A DNA stretch of 64,000 bases from Eledone cirrhosa (GCA_964016885.1 OZ024740.1:175026001-175090000), one strand, 5' to 3'. Counted from the first letter of the stretch, positions 1 to 12,385 are shown. Numbers and translations are program-made. The notes: a model not told the origin generated them from the letters alone.

Positions 1-719
1 GGATACTTTACATAATATGCACCCCTAAATGATAGTGAGGTCACAGCTGGGGTGCTTTTCACATGAGGTCTGCTGGGTCATGGTTGACCTGTAACTAAAC
101 AACAGCAACGATAACATAGTAACAATAGCAACAGTAATAACAATAACAACACTGACAGCTGCAATAACAATACCAGCAAGTCACTTGACTTGCTAGCAAT
201 AGTAGTTGAATGTCCTTTGAATCACCCCCACCCCCCTTCCAACCTCTTAAACGAGGAAAGATGCACAGCATAATGTCAATACTAGAAACTGTTAAAAAGA
301 TAGGATTGTCATGGCTGTAATGCTGTTCAATATAGATCTGTTCAAACAGGACTGACCTGGGGCTAAACAACTATGACAACAAGCAAATCAATCAATAGTT
401 GTGGTATCAATTGCAGCAATGACAAAAATGCCACCGCCACCACCATTATTATTATTATCATTGTTTTTACTTGTTTTTCCATGCTCATAAAGGTTAGACG
501 AATCCTCTCCTCCATTACTCTGTTTTGTCTTCATTTTTGGGGGAGACTCCATTTCTTGAGATTAACTTTCATATCTCTGCCAGGTCCTCTTCTTCCCATA
601 GTTTCCTTCCACTTGGAACTCTTGGCACTTCTTCACTCAACAATTATCATCTATACATAACACATGACTCTACCCATGCTACCTTTTCTCCTGTATGGAT
701 ATCTGACTCATATATCTAG

Positions 720-875
720 TTTTCCTCTCAGCTGAGCCCTTTTGATTTTAGGTTTTGCTTCCATAACTGGAATTTCTACTCTAGATTTTCCACAGACTTG
801 ACGATAAAAAGTAGGTCGTTAGCATACAGAAGTAATTATGGATTTACAGGTTTCAATCTTTTCTGTAATAGCATG
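720..875 (-). mobile_element. Degenerate RTE LINE RT fragment
   Basis: Minus strand resembles the LLYADDL...KFQxWK..SKGL segment of the local RTE family, heavily decayed. Confidence 0.55.
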
Positions 876-1544
876 GAGCACTAAATAAACAGATGGGGTT
901 AGGGGTGGGCTGAAGATTAAGCCGATACACACTAAATTCTTCGCTACTAACCATAAATTTACTGATGCCAACTCTGTATATGGCTTGCACTGCTCTCACA
1001 GTTATCTTAAACTTCACTATACTAAGGAATTAGGTATTCTACAGTGTTCAACAACCAGTAAATCGGGAGCCTCTATATGGTGACTTGACATGCTAGAAAT
1101 ACTAGTCACATAATCCTCACATCACTTCCTACTAGGATGGTGTTGGCTGCAATGCTTTTGAATGTGGGTTAGCTCAATCAGGACTGACCCTGGGTTAAAC
1201 AAAAACAACAAGCAACAAAGTAACACAACATCATAAACAACAGTTGCAATTGCAACAAGAAAACTAAAATAATAATAAAAACACTAACAATAACTACAAA
1301 AAAAAATCAGTTATCAAAGAAGGAGGCATCTAAGTGGCCACTCATCTGACTAGAAATAACAGTCAAATCACACCCTATCTTATAATATCGACATGACATG
1401 TTAAATAATATAGTCCTATATTATGATAAGATGGGATGATCATGCCTGGAATAATCTTTAATCATAAGTTTAACCATAGGTATGAACTGATTAAGCAAAC
1501 AACACCAAGCTTGTCTGTATCGTTAAGAAGTTTGCTTTAGATCT

Positions 1545-1830
1545 ATCATCATCATCAACATTGTTTAATGTCCATTTTCCATGCTAGCATGAGGTAGACG
1601 GGTCGTCCCATTTGAGGTAAGTTGGTGACTATATCTTACTCATACAGCACTGTTTCTGGCTTGGTTTCTATGGCTGGATGCCTTTCCTAACGCCAACCAC
1701 ATTTACAGTGTGTGCTGGGTGCTTTTATTCAGGACATCTACACGACCACTTTATAGTGTGGGCTGGGTGCTTCCTGTCGTGACACCTACATGACCACTTT
1801 ACAGCGTGGGCTGGATATGTTCTGTTCACA
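1545..1830 (-). mobile_element. Solo RTE 3' end (3'UTR repeats + (ATG)n tail)
   Basis: (CAT)n, then tttaatgtccattttccatgctagcat, ctggatgcctttcctaacgccaaccac and ~40-bp units, matching the 3' ends of the RTE copies. Confidence 0.75.
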
Positions 1831-2019
1831 GTGAACCATGTTGTTTTGAATTCTGTGTCAGAGCAAAGCACTATGGGCTACAAGCATCTACTATAACCAT
1901 GAATTGATCAATTCTTTGTGAATGAAATATGATAGACAGAAACTGTGTGGAAGCCTATCATGTATATGTATTTATGTATGTAGGGGCATAAAAACAGCAA
2001 TGAAATAAACTTTTCCTAT

Positions 2020-2575
2020 CCCAACGAGGCACCGTATTAGTAGTTGATAGTTTCTGTTACTTAGGTGACCTAATTAGCAATGGAGGGGCTGTTCTGAATG
2101 CATAGTAGCTAAAATATGAAAAAGCTGGAAAAAGTTTAGAAAGCTACTATCTCTGTTGACAAAAAACAGATTTTCTCACTAAGTGAATGATAAATTGTAT
2201 GATGCTGATGTGAGAAGTGTGATGCTGCATGGAAATGAGAGATGTGAAGAAATGCAGAGGATATACAGAGGCTAGAGAGAAATAAAACCATCACGCCTGG
2301 TTGGATGTGTAATGTTAGTATGCATAAATAACAGAACATGAATGATCTGAGAGAAAAGCTTGGTATAAGAGGACTGGTATGGACATGTGATGTATATGAA
2401 TGATGAATGTTGGGTGAAGATGCCCCAAGAAAGCTGTAATAGAGAAAAACCTGAGCAGAGGTGGTTAGAGCTAATTTCAATATTCTGAACCTCATAAAGG
2501 AGATGATGAAGGGAAGCTATGAGTGGAGAGAGTCTGTGCTGGAAAGGTCCATCCAACCCATACAAGCATGCAAAA
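2020..2575 (+). mobile_element. Old RTE LINE C-terminal remnant
   Basis: VVDSFCYLGDLIS..G, WKKFR.LL and WMCNV motifs with frameshifts. Confidence 0.7.
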
Positions 2576-3369
2576 CTGATTTGCATATATTTGTATGTGT
2601 CTATGTTTATGTCTATATTGCATATTTGTATATGTCCTGTAACCTAAAGATCAATTAAATAAGTAGCAGACTTGATGAAGGAAAAAATATTGGGATCAAT
2701 ATAATTGATTAAACCTTTGAATATAGTGCCCCAGCATGTCTGCAGAAAAAGAGTAAAAGAATAACAGCTGCAACAACAACAAAACAATAGAGTAACAATG
2801 AAAACAGCAAGTCTACAAATCTATAAATATATAAATATATAAATTTGAATTTTAGATTTTATTTTGGCAACTCTTCCATATAATACGGTTGGAATGTTCT
2901 GGCAGATTTTACCTATCATGTTTCTTGAAGAACATTCTTAATCTCATTGATTAAATAAAAATGCAGCAATGTTACAGGTTGCATTCTTCACTCAATACAT
3001 ATAACAGACATCTTTCAAAATTTTCCACTCTTCTTTCCATTATTATTATTATTCAGAATAGTTAGTGTCAGAGAAAATGCTTTGCAGCATTTAGTTAAAG
3101 CCTTTTCCTTTCAGAGTTCAAATCCTACCAATGTCAACTTTGCCTTTGTACCTTCTAGGGTTGATAAAATAAAGGAGGAGGACCAGCAGAATCATTTGAG
3201 CATTGGACAAAATATCTTGCATTATGAGTTTCAATCCCACCCAAACTCTACTTTGCTTTTCATCTGTTGTGGTGGGTTGATAAAATAAAGTACCAGTCAG
3301 GCACTACGGTTGATTTAATCAACTATCATCTCCTCCTACATTTCTGATCTTGTGTCATTTTAGAACAAT

Positions 3370-5040
3370 TCATCATCATCATCATCATCAACGTTTAACA
3401 TCCGTGTTCCACGCTTGCATGGGTTTGGACGGGGGTAGTCCCACTTGAGGCAAGAGTGATTGTCTTGCTCGCATAGGACTGTCTGGCAGGTTTTCTACAG
3501 TTGGATGCCCTTCCTAACACCAACCACATTTACAGTGTGGGTCTGGGAGGTTTTTACCGTGTTGCCTACACGGCCACATTACAGCGTGGACTGTGTGTTT
3601 TTTTATCGTGACACCTACACGATCTCATTTGTTTCGGCCTGGATGGTGTGGCACCAACATAACTTTACATAGAAGAGGGTGGTGTGGATGGGGTGGGGGT
3701 GGTGGGACGGGGGTGTATTTTGTTAGAGATGCCTACTGACTGTAGTAGGTTTTACATTGTATTTAGGTAAGGCGGGTCTTCTCTGTTACTGAGTACCGCC
3801 AAAGGTCTCGGTCCAGTGACATTGTCTTGGAGAGGTGTAAGTGTGTGAGGTCGGAGTTTATCAGCTCGTCCCAGGTTTTTCTAGGTCTGCCTATTCTGTG
3901 GCTACCGTCTATCTTTATTGCCCTGCACTTTGTTATACAGCTATCGACTTTCATGCGCATCACGTGACCATACCAACATAGCCTTCTCTCGAGTAAACAA
4001 CATCTGATCCCTCTTATTTCTAATTTTTTCCTTAGTTCGTTTATGCTTTGCCGTTCACGTATATTACTATTACACATCCAGTCTGCGTATATCCTCTGCA
4101 CACAATGCCCAGGTCTCACTGCCATGCAACATTGCTGTTCGTATGCAGGCATCATACAACCTGCCTTTCATTTTTAGGGAGAACCCTTTAGCGGCTAATA
4201 GTGGTATAAGCTCTCTGAACTTTTTCCATCCAGTTCTGACTCTAGCTACTGTACTTTCAGAGCACCCTCCCCCACTGCTGATTTTGTCACCCAGGTAACG
4301 GAAGCTGTCCACTATTTCTATAGAGCCCTCTGCGCAGTTGTAAGAGCTAGTATTTTGTGGGCACTTGCTGCTACTTATTGCACCAGAGCACCGGCCACAT
4401 GTAAAATCTATGTTTTTAGTTAGCTTACCTGTGATCCCACTACATCTTTTATGCACCCATACTTTGCATTTGGGACATAAAATGGAGTTTCTACCTACGC
4501 CTTTCCTACACACTGAGCATGGCCATTTCCCGGAAGGGACCGCCGCCTTATTTTCTTTCCTACAAACTAGAACTTTAGTCTTAGCCAGGTTAATTTTAAG
4601 GCCTTTTGATTCTAGGCCGTGCTTCCATGTTTGGAATTTCTTCTCTAGCTCGGCCATTGATTCAGCTATCAGTGTTAGGTCGTCTGCGTATAGGAGTTCC
4701 CATGGGCAGCCAGTCTTGAACTCCTCTGTTATAGCCTGAAGGGCAATAATAAATAGTAGGGGGCTGAGAACAGAGCCCTGATGGACGCCAACTTTTACGC
4801 TAAACTCTTCACTATATTCGTTGTTAATTCTAACCTTGCTGACTGTTTCTTTATACATGGCTTGTATAGCTCTCACAAGCCATTTGTCGACACCTAGTTT
4901 TCTAAGGGCCCACCAGATAATGAAACAGGGGACTCTGTCGAAAGCTTTCTCCAAGTCGACAAAAGCTAAGTAGAGGGGTTTACCTTTAGCTAGGTACTTC
5001 TCCTGTAGTTGTCGTACAATGAAAAGAGTGTCTGTGGTAC
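3370..5040 (-). mobile_element. 5'-truncated RTE LINE, subfamily A (RT + PHD finger + 3'UTR + (ATG)n tail)
   Basis: ORF 4070-5143 has FVDLEKAFD, GVHQGSVLSP, YADD and SFRYLG. ORF 3763-4155 has WYGHVMR..GRPRKTW. (CAT)n tail at 3370. Confidence 0.95.
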
Positions 5041-5089
5041 TTACTCTTATTAATATTTTTGTGTTGGATATTAACATATTTTTACTAGA

Positions 5090-5162
5090 TAAGAAAAAAG
5101 TATATTCTTGTTTCATTGGCCTTGAAAAGGCATATGACCACATTCCACAAGACCTGCTGTGG
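5090..5162 (+). mobile_element. Short RT fragment of a second RTE family
   Basis: Translates KKVYSCFIGLEKAYDHIPQDLLW (DLEKAYD motif). Confidence 0.6.
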
Positions 5163-5230
5163 ACACCAGGTACACTTTTCCATGTGCTCTATCTTCAGAA
5201 GTAGAGCATATGGAAAAGTGTACCTGGTGT
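5163..5230. repeat. Near-perfect 29-bp hairpin
   Basis: acaccaggtacacttttccatgtgctcta ... tagagcatatggaaaagtgtacctggtgt. Confidence 0.9.
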
Positions 5231-6019
5231 TTGAGATTGAGAAAGAAGTCAGGCTACAGGCAGAATTGATGCAACATACCTTGCCATTTATACTAGACAA
5301 CAATTTCAAAGAGTGAGCAACCCATTACAGTATCATACTTACATGACATTTTCCCACAGTCACAATTCTAATGAACAAAGGGGTCAGTTTGTTTCCAGAG
5401 TTTAGAATAATCCAGCAACTCTAATCAGCAATATGAAGTACAGGTAGGGAAGAGTATAACTGTTTCTGAAACACTTCTCGGCTTCTGTAAATCTGAAATA
5501 GAAACAGATTATATGTAGATATTATATATGTAGATATTATATATGTATATATATGTGTGTGTGTTCACAATTACACACATATGCATGCATGCATGTATCT
5601 ATATATGTGTGTGTATGTGCATGTTTTATATAGTACTAGGTTAATATGTTTGCATATAACAGCAATGCCCATCTCTTCCCATTTAATTCCCTTAAAAAAA
5701 ATACAGAAACAAAGAAGACATCTGTGGTAACTTTATAGTTTTTTTTAAATGTCTTTAAAATATTGTATTTTACTCTGTGAACATTTCAAAGCCTTAGGGG
5801 CAGAAATCATGTACAAAACTTTCAAACATGATCAAAAGCAAAAAATAAAAAATAATAAATTAAGAAAAAAAATTTATTGAAATCGCTTTTTTTTATTTTT
5901 ATTATTATTGATAATCTTTGATCGATAGCAGATTGTATAAAATGTAGGAAAACCTGTTCTTCCTGCTTGACAAGTTTTCTTTTTAATTTATGTTAGATTA
6001 AACACTATGTTTATTTAAT

Positions 6020-6358
6020 ATTATCATCATCATCATCGTTTAATGTCTATTTTTCCATGCTTGCACAGGTTAGAGAGATTGTCACGTTATGATACAAGTC
6101 AGGTCAAGAGATCACGCCTTGCTCGTATGGATCTGTATTTGGTTTGGTTGTTAAAGCTGGATGCCCTTCCTAATGCCAACTATATTACAGTGTGGACTGG
6201 GTGCTTTTTGTCATGTCACCATCACGATCACCTTACAGAGTACCATGGATGTTTTCTATTTGTGTCACAAGCATAACAACCTTACAGGTTGGTCTGGGTG
6301 CATTTTTTTCTCATGTCACCAGCACAATCACCTTACAGGGTCAACTGGGTGCTTTATT

Positions 6359-6360
<2 letters not shown>
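6020..6360 (-). mobile_element. Solo RTE 3'UTR fragment
   Basis: (CAT)n tail, ctggatgcccttcctaatgccaac and ~40-bp repeat units. Confidence 0.75.
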
Positions 6361-6364
<4 letters not shown>

Positions 6365-6434
<70 letters not shown>

Positions 6435-6468
6435 CGCGTGTGTGCGCGTGCGTGCGTGTGTGTGTATG
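6365..6468. repeat. (TG)n/(GC) microsatellite
   Basis: Direct read. Confidence 0.95.
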
Positions 6469-6469
6469 T

Positions 6470-6862
6470 GAAAGCACATGGCTTAGTGGTTAGAGCATTG
6501 GGTTTGCAATCGAAAGGTTGAGAGTTCAATGCCCAGACCGGATGATGTGTTGTTCCCTTGAGCAAGACACTTTATTTCACATTGCTCCAGTTTACTCACC
6601 TGTAGAAATGAGATGATAGCACTGAAGTCCCTATCATTCCATTGCAAAGTGGTCATGGAGGTGCCACGTCAAAAAGAAAAGCACCCACCACTCACTGTAA
6701 ATGAGGTTGGTGTTAGGAAGGGCATCCAGCTGTAGAAATCAAGCCAGAATCAGTTCCCATATGAGCAAGACAAGGTCAGCTGACCGGACACTGCCCACAA
6801 CAGGACAACCAGTTTAACCCATGCTAGCGTGTAAGAACGGACGTAAAATGGTGATGATGATA
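6470..6862 (+). mobile_element. tRNA-headed SINE family 1 with RTE-B 3' tail
   Basis: A-box tggcttagtgg, B-box gagttcaatgcc, central ccttgagcaagacact domain; 3' part matches RTE-B at ~18870-19140. Confidence 0.9.
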
Positions 6863-6889
6863 TATATATATATATATATACCCCTCTAT

Positions 6890-8135
6890 TTGGCATGTGT
6901 TGACCTGGTAGATGCTTTTGACAGAATCCTCCTGTCCTATTATTTGGTGGGCTCTTAGAAAACTAGGTGTTAGCCCTCTCCTGTTTATTATAACAGCCTA
7001 TAACAGAAGAGTTTACAACTGGCTACCCATGAAGAATTTTGTATGCAGATGATCTAACCCTTATAGCTGAATCTATAGCAGAAGTAGAGAAAACAATTCC
7101 AATCCTGGAAACAAGGCCTAGAATAAAAAGGTCTTAAAATCAACTTAAAGTTCTGGTATGTAGAAAATGAAACATGGTCCAGATTCCTCCAGGGAAATGA
7201 CCTTGGTGAGTGTGCAGGAAATGAGTTGGTAGAAATTCCATACTATGTCCCAAATGTCATTTATGTGTACACAAGAGGTTCAGTGGGATTTCAGGTAGGC
7301 TAGCAAAGAATATAGGTTTTATATGTGGTTGATGTACAGATACAGTAAGTAATAAGAGCGCACAGGATACTTGCTGCTTTAAATGCTTAGAGGGCTCTGT
7401 AGAAGTAGTTGATAGTTTCTGTTACCAGGATGACTACATTAACAGTAGAGGTGGGTATTCTGAAAGTCCATTAACCAGAGTGAGAACAGGATGGAGAAAG
7501 TTCAAGGAGCTACTACCAATGTTATCTACAAAAGGTTTTTCCTTCAAAATGAAGGGCAGATTGTATGCTTGTAAACAAACAACAACCAGGGCATAAGACC
7601 TATGAAGATTGGAAAGAAATGAAGTATGCATGCTTCAATGTATGTGTAATAGTAATATACACAATGAACTGAGAAAGAAACTGGGAAAAAGAGGGATCAA
7701 ACACAATGTACAGAAAAGGGAGATTGCAATGGTATGGACATGTTATGAGTATGAAGGATGACAGCTGTATAAAAAAATTGCATGGTGTTTAACGTTGATA
7801 GAAGCTATGGAAGAGGTAAAATTAGGAAAGCCTCACATCATAATCCCTCCACCCCACACCACATCAGCTAAGTATCCCACCCCTCCTTACATACACCCCT
7901 AACCAAGTATAACATGACAATAATTGCCCAACCCACCCAGTAAGGTGGTCGTGTTGGTAACATGACAAAAGCTCCCAGCCAAACCTGTAAAGTGGTTATG
8001 TTGAAGACAAACAAAAGTGCCCAATCCACACAGTAAAGTGGTCATGTTGGTATCATGAAAAAAGTGCCCAGTTCACACAGTAAAGTGGTTGTTTTAATGC
8101 CAAAATAAAAGGCATTCAGTCCACACTGTAAATTA
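6890..8135 (+). mobile_element. Degenerate RTE LINE (RT, PHD, 3'UTR units)
   Basis: IWWALRKLG, YADDL, VVDSFCY, RVRTGWRKF motifs with stops and frameshifts. Confidence 0.85.
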
Positions 8136-8139
8136 GGTT

Positions 8140-8290
8140 ATAATAGAATTTCACTGTATTTACTATTGTATTTTCATGGAAAAGGCTTTATTTCACAATT
8201 CTCTCATATAAGTATAAGCAGCTGGTTATGAACAGATAGAGGTGAGAGAATTCTGGCCAGATATGGCCGGTTTAAATGCTAAAGGGTTAA
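8140..8290. mobile_element. piggyBac-type MITE A, partial
   Basis: Ends taaatgctaaaggg-TTAA; body matches 19642-19854. Confidence 0.75.
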
Positions 8291-8392
8291 GTTACTACAG
8301 GTTCACTTGATGCCTCAGGGTGTCCGGTTGCCTGTGTGGTATTGTACTTTTGGTATTACACTGTAGTTGGTATCCTTGAAAAGCAGATTGTT

Positions 8393-8588
8393 AATAATTG
8401 TTTCTACTTTAGGCACAAGGCCAGCAATTATTCCAGTGTATTACTGGTACTTTATTTTATCAACCCCGTAAGGATAAAAAGCAAAGTTAACCTCGGCAGA
8501 ATTTGAAGTCAGACCATAAAGGGCCGTAACTCTATGCTGCAAAGCATGGCGTCCGACCCTCTACCGATACTGCCAATACATCGCCCTT
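8393..8588 (-). mobile_element. SINE family 2 (Meta-domain-like core)
   Basis: Reverse copy of the ggattggcagtatcggtag...gttcaaatcccgccgagg...gcctttcatccttacggggtcgataaaataaagtacc family. Confidence 0.9.
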
Positions 8589-8604
8589 GAGGTATCGATA
8601 CAGC

Positions 8605-8715
8605 ATCATTATGTTTATTCATGTTTAACATGAATTTTGTGATCAATCTGCTCGAGGAATGATCAGTATCAATCATATCAGACTCTAGAACGGACACTCA
8701 TCAAACTTGTTGATT

Positions 8716-8720
<5 letters not shown>
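8605..8720 (-). ncRNA. Degenerate hammerhead-like repeat, homologous to 10810-10915
   Basis: Minus strand aagt-TTGATGA-gtg...cac-AAAA; abuts (TA)n; core decayed. Confidence 0.35.
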
Positions 8721-8756
<36 letters not shown>

Positions 8757-8759
<3 letters not shown>

Positions 8760-9850
8760 TCATCATCATCATCATCATCTTCGTTTAACGTCCACTTTCT
8801 ACGCTAGCATCAGTTAGACAGGAGTTGTCCCACTTGAAGCAAGGTTTGGTCGGGTGACCGTGTCTCGCTCATATAGGACTATCTGGCAGGTTTTCTACAG
8901 TTGGATGCCCTTCCTAACACCAACCACATTTACAGTGTGGAACTGGGAACTTTTTACCGTGTTACCTACAGGGCCACATTACAGCGTGGACTGTGTGTTT
9001 TTTTTGTCGTGACACCTACACGATCTCGATCTCATTTATTTGGACTGAATGTCGTGGTACCAACTTTATATAGAGAGGGTGGTGTTGGTGGGAGTGGGAG
9101 GATAGGGTAGGGGTAGTGGATTGGGGTGTATATTTGGTTAAGAGGTGCCTACTGACTGTAGGTTTCGCTTTGTACATAGGCAAGGCGGGTCTTCTGTATT
9201 ACTGCGTAGCGCCAAAGATCTCGGTCCAGTGACATTGTCTTAGAGAGGTGCAAGTGTGTAAGGTCAGAATTTATCAGATCGTCCCAGGTTTTTCTGTGTC
9301 TACCTACTCCGTAACTACCATCAATTTTGATCGCCCTGCACTTTTTTATACAGCTGTCGTCTTTCATGCGCATCACGTGGCCATACCAACGTAGTCTTCT
9401 CTCGAGTAAACAGCATCTGATCTCTCTTATTCCTAATTTCTCACTTAGTTCACTTATGCTTTGCCGTTCACGTATATTACTATTACACATCCAATGGAGC
9501 ATGCATGCTTCGTTCCTTTCCAGTCTACACAGGTCCTCTGCACGCAATGCCCATGTCTCACTGCCATGTAGCATTGCTGTTCGTATATAAGCATCATACA
9601 ATCTGCCTTTCATTTTTAGAGAGAAACCTTTTGTGGCCAACAGCGGTATAAGCTCTCTGAACTTTTTCCATCCCGTTCTGACTCTGGCTACTGTACTTTC
9701 AGAACACCCTCCACCACTGCTGATTTCGTCACCCAGGTAACGGAAAGTGTCTACTATTTCTATAGAACCATCTGGGCAATAGAAGGGGCTAGTATCATGT
9801 GGACACTTGCACCTGAGCATCAGCCACATATAATATAAAGTCTACGTTCT
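8757..9850 (-). mobile_element. 5'-truncated RTE LINE, subfamily A
   Basis: ORF 9149-9829 (TFRYLG...WYGHVMR..RKTW), 3'UTR and (CAT)n. Confidence 0.95.
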
Positions 9851-9873
9851 TAGATAGGAGAGTTATAATTCAC

Positions 9874-10093
9874 TTAAATCTTTAGCATTTACATTACTCT
9901 ATATATACTATTATATTTTCACAGTAAAGGCTTTATTTCACATAATATTGAATCGATGAGATTTTCATGTTTTTTTTTTATTTTGAGAACAATACCTTAA
10001 CATCAGTATGAGCAGATGGTTACAGTCGGTTGGAACAGAAAGAGGTGAGAGAATTCTGGCTGGATACAGCCGGTTTCAATGCTAAAGGGTAAA
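9874..10093. mobile_element. piggyBac-type MITE A
   Basis: Termini TTAA-atctttagcattta / aatgctaaaggg. Confidence 0.8.
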
Positions 10094-10444
10094 AATATTT
10101 TAAAATTCAGTTGAGTCGATTTTATGCTTCTCTTAAAATTTTAATACTTTTTATAGTTATATTTTCTCACTTTACATTTTAATTGTGGATCACCATGTGG
10201 TACTTTTTTTTAGACCTGGGGCCCTCCCTGGCACCAACCCTTTTAGTTGCTTCTTATGACACACAGATATGGTGGACCTAATCTAACTAGCATACACATA
10301 GAAGATGATGAACGAGGAAATAAAAGCTGTGCATGCAGAGGATAGAGCAAAACAGCAAAGCTTATGATGGGGCACGAAAATAGCTTTGTATGATTGTTGT
10401 GTTGTTGTTGTTGAGGATATGCTAAATACACACACACATACATA

Positions 10445-10610
10445 CATACTGTAAACGTGGTTGGTGTTAGGAAGGGCATCCAGCCGTAAAAAAACCCGCC
10501 AGACAGTCCTATACGAGCAAGACAACCAATCTTGCCTCAAGTAGGAAAATTCCCGTCCAAACCCATGCTAGCGTGGAAGATGGACGTTAAACGATGATGA
10601 TGATGATCAT
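10445..10610 (+). mobile_element. Solo RTE-A 3' end
   Basis: ggttggtgttaggaagggcatccag...ggacgttaaacgatgatg. Confidence 0.8.
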
Positions 10611-10809
10611 CATCATCATCATCATCACCATCGCTTTTACGCCTGCTTTTCTATGCTAGTATGAGGTGGACATAACTTCTTACAACAGTGCTTTTGGCTA
10701 AATTTCCTTCCTGATGCCAACCCGAGCCAGCATAATGAAAAAATGACACACACACACACAGACATATATATGTATTAATAATGAGCAGGAACTAAGTATC
10801 TATATAAAA

Positions 10810-10915
10810 TCATTAAGTTTATTCATGTTTTGTGATCAATCAGCTCAAGGTACAAGCAGTAGGTATTGGGCCCAACTCTGGAATTAACAGCTCATCAAAC
10901 TTGTAGATTCTCAAT
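10810..10915 (-). ncRNA. Degenerate hammerhead-like repeat
   Basis: Minus strand aagt-TTGATGA-g...cac-AAAAcatgaata-aactt; abuts (TA)n. Confidence 0.35.
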
Positions 10916-10938
10916 ACATTATATATATATATATATAA

Positions 10939-11278
10939 TGGAGGCACATGGCTTAGTGGTTAGAGCATTGGCCTTGCAATCAAAAGGTTGTGAGTTCAAT
11001 TCTCAGACCGGGTTATGTGTTGTTTCCTTGAGCAAGACACTTTATTTCACATTGCTCCAGTTTACTCAGCTGTAGAAATGAGATGATAGGGACTGATGTC
11101 CCTATCATTCCACTGCAAAGTGGTCGTGGAGGTGCCACAGCTAAAAAGCACCCAGCACTCACTGTAAATGAGGTTGGTGTTAGGAAGGGCATCCAGCTGT
11201 AGAAATCAAGCCAGAATCTGTTCCCGTCCCACCCTTGCAAGCAGGGAAAAGCGGACGTAAAATGAAATGATGAAATGC
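10939..11278 (+). mobile_element. SINE family 1
   Basis: ggaggcacatggcttagtggttagagc head with A/B boxes; RTE-like tail. Confidence 0.92.
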
Positions 11279-11359
11279 TGATGAAGTCCCGGTTTCAATT
11301 GGGGGTAACCACAGTAAGGTACTTAATACATTAGTAGAGTGTAAACAACAAATTTAACA

Positions 11360-11404
<45 letters not shown>

Positions 11405-11714
11405 TCATCATCATCATCATTTTAACGTCCACTTTCCCTACTAGTAAGGGTTGATATATTATGTTTTTGGGTAAATGCATTCGATGTTCAGAGAGTTGTA
11501 TTGGCCCCATGCAAAGCTTACACAGGCACCACTTGATATGCTACCTTTTTTGTGATGCATGGCATGGCTGGCCATAGGTGAGTGCCTAGCAGAACTAAGA
11601 AACTACGTCCGTTATGCTCATGCTTAAGCATCATGCATTAGCATTACTCACAATCGAGTTGCAGCCATTGCACGTGTGTGTTTATATATGTTTATTTATA
11701 TGTGTGTCTGTGTA

Positions 11715-11950
11715 TATAGTTCTTGGCAATACTCCCACAGAGTAAATATTTGGTTTGCTATGCTGTGTCCGGGGTGAAAACCACACTATTCATCAGTTAG
11801 CTTGGACTCGACAATCTCCCTGCATCTCTTTGCTAGACACTTAGCATAAACTTTATCGGGGAGGCTTAACAAGCATATCACTCTGTAATTGTAACAATCT
11901 ATCTTGTCTCCCTTTTAGAAAATTGGGATTATCACTCCCGATTGCCAGAG
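11715..11950 (-). mobile_element. Rex3/Expander-like RTE RT fragment
   Basis: Minus translation WQSGVIIPIF*KGDK..NYRVICLLSLPDKVYAKCL..EIVESKLTDE*CGFHPG. Confidence 0.8.
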
Positions 11951-12167
11951 ATTCAGGTTCATGAGGTTGTTTAAGTTTTTCTTTATAACGTTACGATAGT
12001 TTGTTTAGTTAGTTATAAGAGAAAGATTTGAAAAGCATTTAGCAGTTTTTTTCTGTTAGCGTTATAAGCATGTATAGAAGATATCGTATATAGAGATAAA
12101 TATTCTCACATATATAGACAGTAGCTGTATACAATTAACAACTATTTTTTGTAATCAGGTTCTAAAA

Positions 12168-12385
12168 TTAACCCTTTAGCATTTAAACCGGCCATAATTC
12201 TCTCACCTCTTTCTGTTCAAATCGGCCATAACTGGCCACTCATGTTTATGTTAAGGTATTGTTCTTAAAATAAATAATATCGAAATCTCGCAGATTCAAT
12301 ATTATGTGAGATAATTATGTGAGGTAAAGGCTTTACTGTGAAAATACAATAGTAAATATAGAGTAATGTAGATACTAAAGGTTAA
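12168..12385. mobile_element. piggyBac-type MITE A (reverse orientation)
   Basis: TTAA-ccctttagcattta ... tactaaagg-TTAA. Confidence 0.85.

Noticed and set aside
10939-11012. tRNA gene
   Set aside because: The A/B boxes belong to multi-copy SINE heads followed by a SINE body; there is no clean cloverleaf.
11278-11360. ctgatga after a SINE tail as an HHR
   Set aside because: No downstream GAAA or stem I partner visible; may be a truncated remnant or tail sequence.
11788-11797. Minus-strand ctgatga as an HHR core
   Set aside because: It encodes TDE in an RT fragment and has no ribozyme stems.
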